DNA of 64,000 nucleotides, taken from the NCBI GenBank assembly GCA_049840735.1, contig JASGJN010000022.1, positions 832,001-896,000 on the forward strand, written 5' to 3'. This stretch comes from Anaeromyxobacter sp. (lineage in GTDB: Bacteria > Myxococcota > Myxococcia > Myxococcales > Anaeromyxobacteraceae). The translations under genes and the position numbers were made by a program. Below are positions 45,418 to 56,079 of this stretch, piece by piece. A model generated the notes under the pieces. That model saw nothing but the letters and a program-made list of their open reading frames with translations, ran no database searches and was not told the DNA's origin. The stretch's first letter is position 1. Every line of letters starts with the position of its first letter.

Positions 45418-47390
45418 CCATCGATTCTGCGAGCTTTCGCCTCGCCTTCCTGGAAGAGGCACGCGAGCACGTTGCTACGCTCGAACGGGGGGTGCTCACT
45501 CTCGAGTCCAATCCGACCGACATCGAGACCCTTCGCGAGATTTTCCGTGCGGCCCATTCGATCAAGGGGGCTGCAGGCACACTTGGGTTCGCCCATATTG
45601 CCGAGTTCACCCATCACCTCGAAACGGTGCTCGACGCGATGCGCAATGGTCAACTGACCGTCGACCGGAGTGCCGTGACCGTCCTTCTCAAGGCTGGAGA
45701 CGAGCTGCAGCACCTGCTCGATGGTCTCTCGAGCGGTGAAACGAGGACGGCCGATGCCGTGGCACTCCGTGAACTGGCGTCGAGGGTCGGGCGCAGTGCG
45801 GACTCGGGGGCCCATGCGGTCGTCGCTCCTAGGCCTGTGGAAGAGGTTCGCAAACGAAGACTACGGATTGCCGTCGTACCCACGCAAAAATTCTTCGCTT
45901 GCGGTCTCGATCCGATCTTGCTGTTTCGTGATTTGGAGGGCCTCGGAGAGCTCGAGACGGTCGAGTGCGACTGTTCGAAGGTGCCGCGACTGAGCGAGCT
46001 CGATCCAGTCGAGTGCCATGTCCGCTGGACGGTCGTACTCTCGACGGACGCGAGACGCGCAGACATCGAGGAAGTGTTCGTCTTCGTCGCGGATGACGTG
46101 CAGGTGAGCATCGAAGACGCTCCGTCGGGCACCACCGAACCCGCTGTCGTCGGTAAGGCCGAACCCGCGTCGCACCATCTCCCGACGCACGAATCGTCGA
46201 CGCTCCGTGTCAGTTCGGAGAAGGTGGATTCCATCATCGATCTGGTGGGTGAATTGGTCATCGCGCAATCGATGGTCATGCAGCTGCTTGGACAGAGTGC
46301 CGTTGGACGTTCTCCGCTTTTGCGTGATGCGTTCGACAGCATGGCAAGAAACATGCAGGAGCTGCAGGAGCGGGTGATGGGGATCCGGATGGTTCCGATT
46401 GCCACGTTGTTCGGTCGCTTCTCGCGCATCGTTCGCGACACGGCTGCGTCGCTCGGCAAGACCGTAAATCTCGAGTTGAGCGGCCAGGATACGGAAGTGG
46501 ACAAGGCAGTGGTGGAGCGGCTCGCCGATCCAATCACTCATTTGGTGCGTAACGCATTGGACCACGGGATCGAGACCGACGAGCAGCGTAAGGCTGCCGG
46601 AAAGATTGGTCCAGGCATCATTCGCCTCAGCGGCCAGCACGTCGCAGGTGGCGTCGTCGTCGAGGTTTCCGACAATGGGCGCGGGCTCGACGTCGCGAAA
46701 ATCCGAGAACATGCCGAACGTCGGGGACTCTTGAGCCCGAGCGATCAATTGACGGAGGAGCAGGTTCACGCACTCATCTTCGAACCGGGATTCTCGACTG
46801 CTTCAGAGGTTTCGGATCTCTCGGGTCGCGGAGTGGGCATGGACGTCGTTCGTCGTGACGTCGACGCCCTCAACGGCACCGTGACGGTCTTGACCTCACC
46901 CGGTGTGGGCACCACCGTTCGGATTCGGCTCCCGCTCACCCTCGCGATCCTCGATGGTTTGCTGCTCCGCGTGGGAAGCCAAACCTACGTCGTCCCACTC
47001 CTTGCAGTAACGGAGTCATTTCGGCCATCGCCACAGGCGGTCAAGCGCCTCACCGGGGATGCCTCCGTTGCCATCGTTCGCGAGACGGCCCTGCCGTTGG
47101 TGGACTTGGGCGTCGAGTTAGGGCTCACTCGAGAGCAACGCCGCCCCGAAGACGCGCTCGTCGTCGTCGTGGAAGCGGATGGTCGTCAGGTGGGCTTGGT
47201 CGTCGATGCCCTCGTGGGTCAGTCACAAGTAGTCGTGAAGAGCATCGAGACGCACTTCCGTCGCGTGGATGGGGTGCTTGGGGCCACCATCCTCGGTGAT
47301 GGGAAGGTGGCATTCATCGTTGACGTTTCTGGGCTTGCGAGATTGACGTGGGCCAAACGCTCGCTTTCCGGTTCACCCCGCGCTGCGTGA
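45414..47390 (+). CDS. cheA: CheA histidine kinase
   Basis: FRAAHSIKG, HLVRNALDHG, DNGRG, SGRGVGMDVV, LPLTLAI, GATILGDG. Confidence 0.95.
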   Translation: MTIDSASFRLAFLEEAREHVATLERGVLTLESNPTDIETLREIFRAAHSIKGAAGTLGFAHIAEFTHHLETVLDAMRNGQLTVDRSAVTVLLKAGDELQHLLDGLSSGETRTADAVALRELASRVGRSADSGAHAVVAPRPVEEVRKRRLRIAVVPTQKFFACGLDPILLFRDLEGLGELETVECDCSKVPRLSELDPVECHVRWTVVLSTDARRADIEEVFVFVADDVQVSIEDAPSGTTEPAVVGKAEPASHHLPTHESSTLRVSSEKVDSIIDLVGELVIAQSMVMQLLGQSAVGRSPLLRDAFDSMARNMQELQERVMGIRMVPIATLFGRFSRIVRDTAASLGKTVNLELSGQDTEVDKAVVERLADPITHLVRNALDHGIETDEQRKAAGKIGPGIIRLSGQHVAGGVVVEVSDNGRGLDVAKIREHAERRGLLSPSDQLTEEQVHALIFEPGFSTASEVSDLSGRGVGMDVVRRDVDALNGTVTVLTSPGVGTTVRIRLPLTLAILDGLLLRVGSQTYVVPLLAVTESFRPSPQAVKRLTGDASVAIVRETALPLVDLGVELGLTREQRRPEDALVVVVEADGRQVGLVVDALVGQSQVVVKSIETHFRRVDGVLGATILGDGKVAFIVDVSGLARLTWAKRSLSGSPRAA

Positions 47391-47404
47391 GGAGAAGGAC
47401 GAAC

Positions 47405-47926
47405 ATGCTTTCAGTTGAAGGTCACGGTACCGTCAGCCGACAGGATCCGTCGAGTGAACATTGCGAAACGCAGTACCTGAGTTTTCCTCTCGGAGACGAA
47501 CGTTTCGCTGTCGAAATCCTGAAGGTTCAGGAGATTCGACCTCTCACAGCGATTACCCCGATCCCGAACACACCCGCTCACATCCGAGGGGTCATCAATC
47601 TGCGGGGGATCATCGTTCCCGTGTTCGATCTCAGGTTGAGGTTCAACCTCGGACGGAGCAGCGACTCACGGTTCGCAATCATCCTGGTGGTAACGATCCG
47701 CGAGCGCATCGTGGGGCTCATCGCCGACGCTGTCCCGAAGGTGCTGACGGTGCGCACGGAGGAAATCGCTCCGGTGCCCGAGTTCGGGCAGCGAGTCGAT
47801 CTGTCCTTCGTGTCGGGTGTTCTCCATCGCAGTCAGGAGCTCGTGCTGCTCCTGGATCTCGAGCACTTGCTCGCCGTCGAGCTCGGTGAGCTCGAGTCTT
47901 CGGACGTGCCCGTGTCTGCCGCGTGA
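47405..47926 (+). CDS. cheW: CheW
   Basis: [27 protein letters not shown]. Confidence 0.93.
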   Translation: MLSVEGHGTVSRQDPSSEHCETQYLSFPLGDERFAVEILKVQEIRPLTAITPIPNTPAHIRGVINLRGIIVPVFDLRLRFNLGRSSDSRFAIILVVTIRERIVGLIADAVPKVLTVRTEEIAPVPEFGQRVDLSFVSGVLHRSQELVLLLDLEHLLAVELGELESSDVPVSAA

Positions 47927-47939
47927 GGAAAGGTAGAAT

Positions 47940-49580
47940 ATGCAGTTTTTCGAACGACTCAGCGCAAAGACGAAGGTTCTCTTGGGGTTCGCTCTGATGA
48001 CCCTATTTACCGTCGTGGTCGGCTACGTCGGACTATCGAATGCGAGCCGACTGAATGACAACCTCGACGTGTTGTTCGAACGTGACTTCCGCGGTCTAGC
48101 CGAAATTCGTGAAGCCAACGTTCACATGTTCATCATTGCTAGATCGGTCCGGCAGGCAATCCTAGACAAAGATCCGGAAGCCGTGCGCGCTACCCAGCGC
48201 AAGATCGAGAGCAGCTATCAGATCATGCGAGACGACATCGACCGTGCCATCAAGAACATGATCACGGACGAGGGGCGTCACAATACGGAGCAAGCTCGCA
48301 ATGAGGTCGAAAAATACATGATCGGTGTCCGTGCGAGCACCGAACTCAGCTTGCAAGGCAAGAAAGAGGAAGCCCTTGCCATGCTGAACAAGTACCAAGA
48401 GCATGGCTGGCGTGCCGACGAGCTATTTACCGACGTCTGCAAACGCAAAGAGGTCGTCGGGTCGCAAACCCGTGATGCGGCCGCCGTTCTCTATAAGACT
48501 TCGCGCAACATCGCGCTCACCGTGATCTCGATTGCCGCGGTCCTCGGCGTCATCATCGGACTCTATTTCGCGGGCTGGTTCGGGCGGGCGCTCACCGAAA
48601 CGGCGCAAATCGCGGATTCCGTATCACGGTCTGCCCGCGAACTCGCTGCTGCCACCGAGGAAATTGCGGCAGGTGCTCAGGAGCAGGCGGCCAGTATCGA
48701 AGAAACGGCGTCGACGCTGGAGGAACTGACGTCGACGGTCAAGCAGAACGCCGACAGCGCTCAACAGGCCGCGCAACTTGCCACGGCGAGTCGCGAGACT
48801 GCGGAAAAGGGTGGGAGGATCGTGAGCGAAGCGGTCACTGCGATGAAAGAAGTCAATCATTCGTCCCGCAAGATCGCCGACATCACGACAACGATCGACG
48901 AGATCGCGTTCCAGACGAATATTCTGGCAATCAACGCAGCTGTCGAGGCTGCTCGCGCTGGGGAACAGGGCCGTGGGTTTGCCGTGGTCGCGTCGGAGGT
49001 GCGGAGCCTCGCTGAGCGCTCCGCGTCGGCCGCCAAGGAGATCAAGAGTCTCATCGAAGATTCCGCCTCGAAGATCGAGTCGGGGTATCGTCTCGTCGAG
49101 ACATCCGGATCCGCTTTGGGCGATATCCTGAGCTCGGTCAAACGAGTCACGGACTTCGTTGGCGAAATCGCAGCAGCGTCGCGAGAGCAATCTTCCGGGA
49201 TCGATCAGGTGAACAAGGCCGTGACGCAAATGGATCAAGTGACTCAAGCCAACGCGTCCCAGACCGAAGAGCTGTCGGGGACGACCGAGAGCCTCGCTGC
49301 CCAGGCGGACCGGTTACGCGTCGTTGTCGAGCAGTTCCACCTCACCGCGGAGACCATACGCTCGGAGGTCTACGCTGCACCGGAACGTCGGGCCAGAACG
49401 TCATTCGGCGGCGCCGCAAACCGTGCCGCGACTCGCGTCCGCAGAGGTCCGCCGCCACTGCGTCGGGACGTGGCGAATTCGTCGACGTTTGCGAAGTCCG
49501 ACGCCCCACATGCTGGACGCATGGCAGCAACGGGTACCGATAGTGACGCGGAGTTGGATCGCGCGTTCGAAGAAATCTAG
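47940..49580 (+). CDS. Methyl-accepting chemotaxis protein (4HB sensor)
   Basis: Two TM helices; [30 protein letters not shown]; ends AFEEI. Confidence 0.95.
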   Translation: MQFFERLSAKTKVLLGFALMTLFTVVVGYVGLSNASRLNDNLDVLFERDFRGLAEIREANVHMFIIARSVRQAILDKDPEAVRATQRKIESSYQIMRDDIDRAIKNMITDEGRHNTEQARNEVEKYMIGVRASTELSLQGKKEEALAMLNKYQEHGWRADELFTDVCKRKEVVGSQTRDAAAVLYKTSRNIALTVISIAAVLGVIIGLYFAGWFGRALTETAQIADSVSRSARELAAATEEIAAGAQEQAASIEETASTLEELTSTVKQNADSAQQAAQLATASRETAEKGGRIVSEAVTAMKEVNHSSRKIADITTTIDEIAFQTNILAINAAVEAARAGEQGRGFAVVASEVRSLAERSASAAKEIKSLIEDSASKIESGYRLVETSGSALGDILSSVKRVTDFVGEIAAASREQSSGIDQVNKAVTQMDQVTQANASQTEELSGTTESLAAQADRLRVVVEQFHLTAETIRSEVYAAPERRARTSFGGAANRAATRVRRGPPPLRRDVANSSTFAKSDAPHAGRMAATGTDSDAELDRAFEEI

Positions 49581-49588
49581 GTCGAACG

Positions 49589-51001
49589 ATGAGCGAGCGC
49601 AATCGATCCAGCGTCAATCCGAACGTACGCCTGAGCGAATCCGAGTGGAGGGATCTCAGTCGTATGGTTCAGGATTCGGCTGGGATCAAGCTTTCCGAGG
49701 CGAAGCGGGTCTTCCTCGTCTCGAGGCTACTTAGGCGCTTGCGGGCGACAGGTGTACGCACCTTTCGCGAATACTTCACTCTGGTGCGCCGTTCGCAGGC
49801 ATACACGGGTGAACACCAGCAACTGGTCAATGCCGTCACCACGAACAAGACCGACTTTTTTCGTGAGCAGGAACACTTTCACGTGCTTGCTCGGTGGCTC
49901 GAGGATCCGAGCCCCGAAGTGCACCAGGCGCGAATGAGTGGAATACGCGTCTGGTGCGCCGCTGCATCGACGGGTGAGGAACCCTACACGATTGCTGCCG
50001 TTCTGAGGGAGCGCCTCAGCGACTCCGAGTACGAGCGCGCTAGCATCGTTGCGAGTGATATCGATACTCAAGTTCTCGAGACCGCTCGCCGGGGCGTGTA
50101 CGATCAATCAGCGCTCGAAACGCTCGATGCGGCGGTGCGAATGAAGATGTTCGTTCACGGCAGTCTCGAGTACCAAGGGAAGTTCCGTGTTCGTCGGGAA
50201 CTGCGTGACAAGGTTCGTTTCGTTCAGCAAAACCTAGTTGGGGCAGATTGGCGAGTCGGCAGTGCCTTCGATATCGTGTTTTGTCGAAATGTGCTCATTT
50301 ATTTCGATAGAGGAACGCAGCAGCATGTCGTCGAGCGTCTGCTCGAACGCACGGAACCCCACGGGTTGCTCTTCCTCGGACACGCGGAGAGTCTCAACGC
50401 CCTGTCGATCTCGGCCAAGCCCGTTGCCCACTCGGTGTATGCGCGAGTCGACAGGCCGAGTCTGCGACTTCGAGCGTCGCGAAAGCGACCTGCGGGCACC
50501 TCGGAGCTGCTCTCCGTCCACATGCCGTGCGTGATGACGACGGAAAAGACCCTATCGTTGAAAAAGGGGGAGGCGCGTCGAGATTCACATCTGTGGTCCT
50601 CCGTGTCATTTAGCACCTCCTTGCTTCTCGTCCTCAGTTGGGAAGGCGACGAGCAAGGGATGGTGTTTCATCTCGACGCACGAGTATCGGAGCGTGTCTC
50701 GGCCGATGTGCGCGCGGCCATTGGCGAGTTTCATCGGGCGACCACGGCGCCAAACGAGACGGCCGTGGTGCGGGTCAAGGCCTTGACCGACCGAGGTGGA
50801 TTGGAAGCGCTGGTTGCCGAGGCCCTAGAGGAGTGCGGCGCCAATGTAGTTGCGCTGCGAACGGTGGGTGCGCAATCCCAGGCCTGGGTGCCGCCGGGAT
50901 CGAACAAGGTGTTGCTTGCCAGGGCGGGCGGCGATTGTCGCACCGAGTCCAAGCTCAAGGTAGGGGTGCCAGCACGTGAGATGGAAGGGAGTTCTCGATG
51001 A
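49589..51001 (+). CDS. cheR: CheR with C-terminal degenerate CheD-like extension
   Basis: TTNKTDFFRE, WCAAASTGEEPY, SDID, VFCRNVLIYF, followed by about 170 extra aa. Confidence 0.88.
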   Translation: MSERNRSSVNPNVRLSESEWRDLSRMVQDSAGIKLSEAKRVFLVSRLLRRLRATGVRTFREYFTLVRRSQAYTGEHQQLVNAVTTNKTDFFREQEHFHVLARWLEDPSPEVHQARMSGIRVWCAAASTGEEPYTIAAVLRERLSDSEYERASIVASDIDTQVLETARRGVYDQSALETLDAAVRMKMFVHGSLEYQGKFRVRRELRDKVRFVQQNLVGADWRVGSAFDIVFCRNVLIYFDRGTQQHVVERLLERTEPHGLLFLGHAESLNALSISAKPVAHSVYARVDRPSLRLRASRKRPAGTSELLSVHMPCVMTTEKTLSLKKGEARRDSHLWSSVSFSTSLLLVLSWEGDEQGMVFHLDARVSERVSADVRAAIGEFHRATTAPNETAVVRVKALTDRGGLEALVAEALEECGANVVALRTVGAQSQAWVPPGSNKVLLARAGGDCRTESKLKVGVPAREMEGSSR

Positions 51002-51951
51002 GCACGAGTTCCGACGAGCCCACGTCGATTGCGGAGATCACATGGCATGAACTCGAGCAAGCCAACCGCGATCTCGCCCAGGTGCGCTCCATCGTGGCGG
51101 ACGCCGTAAAGCAACTCGGTTCCGGATTCAGTTCCGTCGCGCGTGAGAGCAAGCTGCAGCAGGAACTTTTGATTGGCCTTCTCTCGCAAGTCGAAGGTAG
51201 CGGGCGTTCACGCGTCAACGTCGTCAACTTCGTCTCGAACAGCGAAGAGTTGGTCGGTCGCGTCGCGTCGGGTCTCGACGGGGCAAGCCAACGCACGATC
51301 GAACTCGTTCATCAACTCTCGACCATCGACACGGCTTTTAAGAAACTCAACACATTGTCCGGATCGGTGTTGGACGTTTCGGAGCACATCCGCGTCTTGG
51401 CGCTCAATGCGAACTTGGAGGCGACACGCGCGGGCTACGCTGGGCGTGGGTTTGCGGTGGTCGCCAGCGCAGTCCGGGAACTCTCGACGAACTTTCGCTC
51501 CTTGACCGAACAGATCCGTGCGACCGTCGAAGAGGCGAGGCGATCCCTGTCGGAGACCATTATGTCGGCTCGAACTGCGGTCGAGACTGACCGGACCACC
51601 GTCGTGCAAACTCGAGAGGAGATGCGTCGGCTCCAGGAGGAGACGTCGCGGCTTCGTGAAGAAATGGGAGAGTCGTTGAGAGCGGCACAGCAGATGGGCG
51701 AAGCGGTCCATCAAGGTGTCAATCGATGCCTTCGCGGCCTTCAGTTCGACGACCTCGTAGGTCAGGTCGCAGAGGCTGCGGGCAAGCGGATGCGGGCCTG
51801 TTCGCGATTGTTCGAGGGATCGGAGCTGTGCAGCGGCGGATCGCTCGAAGCTGGTGCAGTGGGTGTAGGGGTTGTCGCCGAACTCGATACGTTGCGGCAT
51901 CGGTCCGTACAACAGACCACGCTCGACGCAGGTGAAGTGGAGTTCTTCTGA
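50998..51951 (+). CDS. Cytoplasmic MCP-like protein
   Basis: No [35 protein letters not shown]; ends GEVEFF. Confidence 0.85.
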   Translation: MSTSSDEPTSIAEITWHELEQANRDLAQVRSIVADAVKQLGSGFSSVARESKLQQELLIGLLSQVEGSGRSRVNVVNFVSNSEELVGRVASGLDGASQRTIELVHQLSTIDTAFKKLNTLSGSVLDVSEHIRVLALNANLEATRAGYAGRGFAVVASAVRELSTNFRSLTEQIRATVEEARRSLSETIMSARTAVETDRTTVVQTREEMRRLQEETSRLREEMGESLRAAQQMGEAVHQGVNRCLRGLQFDDLVGQVAEAAGKRMRACSRLFEGSELCSGGSLEAGAVGVGVVAELDTLRHRSVQQTTLDAGEVEFF

Positions 51952-52019
51952 ATCCAGAACGGTGCCGTAGTGAACGCGGTTCTGGATCGTGGTCGGTCTT
52001 AGAAGTAACGTTCGGTGAG

Positions 52020-53087
52020 GTGTCCAAGATGGGTCAAGTTCGCGTGATGGTCGTCGAAGATTCTCCGGTAATGCGCAATTTCCTCGCAGACGGCATCGGT
52101 CATGCGCCGGGTTTCGAGGTCGTGGCGACGGCACATAATGGTGCCGACGCGCTGGAGAAATTGCGCTCCGAGGCGCCGGACGTCGTGACCCTCGACGTCG
52201 AGTTGCCCGACACGGATGGAATCAGCCTGCTCGAAGAGATCATGCGCACCCGACCCATTCCGGTGGTCATGGTGTCGGCGTTGACCCAATCTGGGGCGCA
52301 AGTAACACTTCGCGCGCTCCAATGTGGAGCCGCAGATTTCGTCGGTAAGCCGAATGGCTCCAGTTCGACGGCGGGCGAGGCGTGGCTCGGTGAGCTTCTG
52401 CTCAAATTGAGACGGGCCGCCACGCTGCGACCCGTGAGCTTGGGAGTCGACCTTGGCGCAAGAGCTCCAGCGAGCAGTCCGGAGCCAATTTCGGTACGCT
52501 CGTCTCGCAAATGCCAGGAACGACTCGTCGTGATTGGAAGCGGCTCGGGCGCGACTGACTCCCTTCGGCATCTCCTGCTCGACCTTCCTCGGGATTGCCC
52601 TCCCGTCTTGGTGGCACATCAGTGCTCTCCCGTCGTCATGGAAGCATTCGTCGCCAGGCTCAGTCGTGAATCGACGGCGATTGTAAAATCCGCCACGACG
52701 GGGGAGGGATTTGCTCGTGGACACGTTTACGTCGGTCCCGGCGACGCTCACATGAGTTTGACCCGTATCAATGGGCAAATGCGCTTGCGACTCCATCGGG
52801 ACGAACCCATCCAAGGTCAGCGTCCGAGTCTCAACCTCCTGTTCGAATCGACGGCGAAGCAGCCGGCAAAAGAGGTCGTAGCAGTGCTCCTCGACGCCGC
52901 TGGCGACGATGGTCTCGCTGGACTGAAGCTCGTTGCGAGTAGCGGAAACCGTGCGCTTCGGCAGATCCGCGAGGTTGGAAGGGGCGACCGAGTCGCCCGC
53001 GTGCCCAGTGCCGCGGCTCGGTATCACAAGGAGCCCGTCGAATTGCCGTTGTCGTTGGTTTGGGACGCGGTGTTTTCTTCGGGATGA
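52020..53087 (+). CDS. CheB-like protein with degenerate methylesterase site
   Basis: REC domain intact (TLDVELP); IGSGSGA in place of IGASTGG, VAHQC in place of VQHMP, RPSLN. Confidence 0.8.
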   Translation: MSKMGQVRVMVVEDSPVMRNFLADGIGHAPGFEVVATAHNGADALEKLRSEAPDVVTLDVELPDTDGISLLEEIMRTRPIPVVMVSALTQSGAQVTLRALQCGAADFVGKPNGSSSTAGEAWLGELLLKLRRAATLRPVSLGVDLGARAPASSPEPISVRSSRKCQERLVVIGSGSGATDSLRHLLLDLPRDCPPVLVAHQCSPVVMEAFVARLSRESTAIVKSATTGEGFARGHVYVGPGDAHMSLTRINGQMRLRLHRDEPIQGQRPSLNLLFESTAKQPAKEVVAVLLDAAGDDGLAGLKLVASSGNRALRQIREVGRGDRVARVPSAAARYHKEPVELPLSLVWDAVFSSG

Positions 53088-53617
53088 GTTCGACGTGAGC
53101 CTCAGTTCTGCGGCGTTGGCTCTTCTTTCACATTGCGCCAATGCGACGTGTCGCGTTCGACTTCCGGCACGTCTCCCTTGGGCTCGTTCCGTCTGCGACG
53201 CGCCGTTTTTCGCAGCGTCGTCCAGGATTGCCGCTCGCCCTGGGTCCATCGCCCGCCGGGAGACCACTTCGCTCGTGTAGCGCGCGGCACTTTCGTTCCG
53301 TTGAGGCTTCGCGTCACCGATGACTTCGACTCACCATGCTCCCGCAGGATTCGCATTTCGTGCGAGAACCGCTGATGCGATGGTCGTGTTCGAGAGGAAT
53401 GCGCTCACGTTTCCCGTTCCGTGAAGTCGAGAATGGGCGCAATCATCCACTGAGGGTGCACGTGCGAGCGAAGATTGTTCGAGTTTTGGTGTGACGACGG
53501 GGCTGGGTCCCGTCGTCACCACGACGCGCAGGCCATCAGCGGCAGATCAAAAACCTGTTGCAGTCATGAAGGTCCTCCTATACTTCGCGCCGAAGTCGCA
53601 GACCCAAACACGGGAGA

Positions 53618-55129
53618 ATGTTCATGACGCGTATCACACGGTCTCTTGGCGGAATCGTACTTACGACATCCGCGCTGATCTCGGTCATTGGTTGCTCCGG
53701 TGACGATGGTGGTGGCGATTCCAATATCGGAGGCACGCCCGGCGCGTACGGCGGTGCCATGAGCTTCGGCGGCTCGGGAACGCAAGCGACCTTCTCCCGC
53801 GGCGGGGTTGCAGCGAAAGGTGGTTCGGCAGCGAAGGGCGGTGCAACCGCTGCGACTGGCGGTGCAACCGCTGCGACTGGTGGAAGCAGCTCGGGCACGT
53901 CGAACGTCGGCGGTGCCACCTCTGGTGGTAGCTCGGCAGAGGCAGGAAGCTCTGCTCTTGGTGGAGCTTCGAGCGCTGGCGGCGCGAGCTCGGTCGGCGG
54001 CGCGAGTGCGACCGGCGGCGCGAGCTCGGTCGGTGGCGCCACGACTGCTGGCGGCACCTCGAGCGTTGGCGGCACCTCGAGCGTCGGCGGCACTTCGAGC
54101 GTTGGCGGCACTTCGAGCGTTGGCGGCACTTCGAGCGTTGGCGGCACTTCGAGCGTTGGCGGCACTTCGAGCGTCGGCGGCACTTCGAGCGTCGGTGGCA
54201 CTTCGAGCGTCGGTGGCACTTCGAGCGTCGGCGGCACCTCGAGCGTTGGCGGCACCTCGAGTGTCGGTGGCACCTCGGGCGTTGGTGGTTCGACTTCTAC
54301 GGGCGATTGCTCAACGTATTCGGGCTCGATCACGAAGTTCTGTCGTCCGACGCAGGACGCGCTCGATCTCGAGCCGATGGACGAGAACATTGCCGGTCTT
54401 CACATCACCGCAGATGGTTCGGACATCGCCGTGACGAGTTCGGTGCCCGTCGCTGTTCCCATCGACACTGGGCTGCAGCAGCCGTTCACGAACGCCGAAT
54501 GTGTTGGTCAGGGTATCAACGCGACGTCGAACGCGACGCTTCAGCCCTACACGGGAGTGTCTCTGCACGTGCAGAACAAGGGCACCGCGGCGGTCACGAT
54601 CAGCATCTACGTCGAGTCGCTCACCTCAGGTGGGCAGGTCGTGCGGCGCACTTACAATCTTCCCTCGGTGGCTGCGAACGGTGCCGAGACGCAGAGCCTC
54701 GTCTGGGGCGACGCGGCAGATAGCTGCACGCCCGGCAGTGGGGCCTTCGATCAGACGAAGCTCCTCGGGATTGGCTTCGTCGTCACCTCGGCATCTGCTG
54801 CCAACTTGAACCTAGCCCTGTCGGACATCACCTATACCGGTGCGGGCGTCGCGACGCCATGTACTGGGATTTGTAGCAATCCGGTCGTAACGACCACCAA
54901 GGGCGGCAGCGTCGGCACCGCAGAATACTGCGTGGAGTATATGTCCACCACCGCGCTCGACAGCGGAAACTGCGGCAACTTCGCGGCTGGAAGGACATTC
55001 AGCATCAACGGCGCGGCTGCGACGTGTAACTGGGTCAACTTCAAGCTGCCAGCACCGAAGAACGGCGGATACTGCTTCTCGGCACCTGCCGGCGCAAATC
55101 CGAATAACGCATCTTACGGGTTCTGGTGA
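53618..55129 (+). CDS. Gly/Ser/Thr-rich lipoprotein with Cys-containing C-terminal domains (possible carbohydrate binding)
   Basis: Lipobox VIGC; long low-complexity linker; C-terminus NCGNF..GRTFSING...NGGYCF...GFW. Confidence 0.75.
   Translation: MFMTRITRSLGGIVLTTSALISVIGCSGDDGGGDSNIGGTPGAYGGAMSFGGSGTQATFSRGGVAAKGGSAAKGGATAATGGATAATGGSSSGTSNVGGATSGGSSAEAGSSALGGASSAGGASSVGGASATGGASSVGGATTAGGTSSVGGTSSVGGTSSVGGTSSVGGTSSVGGTSSVGGTSSVGGTSSVGGTSSVGGTSSVGGTSSVGGTSSVGGTSGVGGSTSTGDCSTYSGSITKFCRPTQDALDLEPMDENIAGLHITADGSDIAVTSSVPVAVPIDTGLQQPFTNAECVGQGINATSNATLQPYTGVSLHVQNKGTAAVTISIYVESLTSGGQVVRRTYNLPSVAANGAETQSLVWGDAADSCTPGSGAFDQTKLLGIGFVVTSASAANLNLALSDITYTGAGVATPCTGICSNPVVTTTKGGSVGTAEYCVEYMSTTALDSGNCGNFAAGRTFSINGAAATCNWVNFKLPAPKNGGYCFSAPAGANPNNASYGFW
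54050..54283 (+). repeat. Coding 18-bp tandem repeat, 13 copies (12 GGTSSV + 1 GGTSGV)
   Basis: GGYGGCACYTCGAGCGTY units in frame. Confidence 0.95.
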
Positions 55130-55151
55130 TCGAGCGCGACTCGCCCAAATG

Positions 55152-55189
55152 AAGAAGCCCCGAGGTCCGAACGACTTCGGGGCTTTTCT
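55152..55189. terminator. Bidirectional intrinsic terminator
   Basis: Stem AAGCCCCGAGGTC/GACTTCGGGGCTT flanked by A- and T-rich runs, between convergent genes. Confidence 0.8.
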
Positions 55190-55200
55190 CATGATGGAAT

Positions 55201-55800
55201 TTACTTGTTGATCTCGACCTGAATGTCGAGGGTCACCTCATCGCCGACGACCATTCCGCCCGTCTCGAGTGCCTTGTTCCAGGTCAGGCCGAAGTCGCTT
55301 CGCTTGACCTTGCCGCCAATCTTCACGCCGCGGACCATCTTTCCCCAGGGGTTCTTGATGGCCTTACTGACGTTCGCATCGAGGGTGACCGGTTTGGTGA
55401 CGCCGTGCATCGTCAGGTTGCCCTGAAGCTTGTACCTGGTGCCGCCGGCGGGAGTTACTTTCGACGATTCGAAGGTAATCGTCGGGTACTTCGCAACGTC
55501 GAAGAAGTCCGGACTCCGGAGGTGTTCGTCGCGCTTTGGCTCGTCGGTGTCGATCGAGTTTGCCTGAATCGTGATGCTGACCTGGCTCTTGGTGAGGTTG
55601 GCTTCGTCCAAAGCGACGGTTCCGCTGATCACCTTGAAGCGACCCGACACGGAGCTCACCACGAGGTGGGGGACCGAGAAGCCCACGCGCGAGTGGGTGC
55701 CGTCGAGGGTCCAGGCGGTCGTGTCTGCGACAGCGCTGAGGGAAACGGCGAGGGCGGCGGAGGTGGCGAGGGCGGAAACCAGAAGCTTGAGACTTTTCAT
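55201..55800 (-). CDS. yceI: YceI family lipid/polyisoprenoid-binding protein
   Basis: Signal peptide; W.LD..HS.VGF, RDEHLRS.DFFD..KYP.I.F, GNLT.HGVTKPV, R.DFGL.W. Confidence 0.93.
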   Translation of the reverse strand: MKSLKLLVSALATSAALAVSLSAVADTTAWTLDGTHSRVGFSVPHLVVSSVSGRFKVISGTVALDEANLTKSQVSITIQANSIDTDEPKRDEHLRSPDFFDVAKYPTITFESSKVTPAGGTRYKLQGNLTMHGVTKPVTLDANVSKAIKNPWGKMVRGVKIGGKVKRSDFGLTWNKALETGGMVVGDEVTLDIQVEINK

Positions 55801-55876
55801 GATGACCTCTTGAATCGTGTTGTCTCAAACCTAGGGCCCAGATCGGCCGTGGATAGCCCGCCCCTCTGGCACAGAC

Positions 55877-55894
55877 TGTTCCAGCGGTGGAACA
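55877..55894. promoter_or_regulatory. Palindrome TGTTCCA-N4-TGGAACA upstream of yceI, candidate operator (LysR-like)
   Basis: Perfect 7-4-7 inverted repeat about 77 bp upstream of yceI; overlaps a TGGAAC-N5-GTGC sigma-54-like element on the minus strand (55869-55883). Confidence 0.45.
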
Positions 55895-56079
55895 ATCCGG
55901 TCATGCCCAGGACTAATTCCTGAGGATTTTTGGTCGGTCAGGCGTGGTGACGTCGTGGCACGAGCCCGGCGAGCCTCCGAAGCGTGTTCGGCGGGGTTCG
56001 ACGAGAACGGGGCTGACTAAATGGTCGAAGAGCGCGATCGGCGGTCGACCGAAGCGCCAACGGATCGCCGTTCTCGACG

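Noticed and set aside
55877..55894. TGTTCCA...TGGAACA as a parS site (rsmG is nearby)
   Set aside because: parS is 16 bp with a central CG; this one has a 4-bp centre (18 bp), and parAB/mnmG are not adjacent
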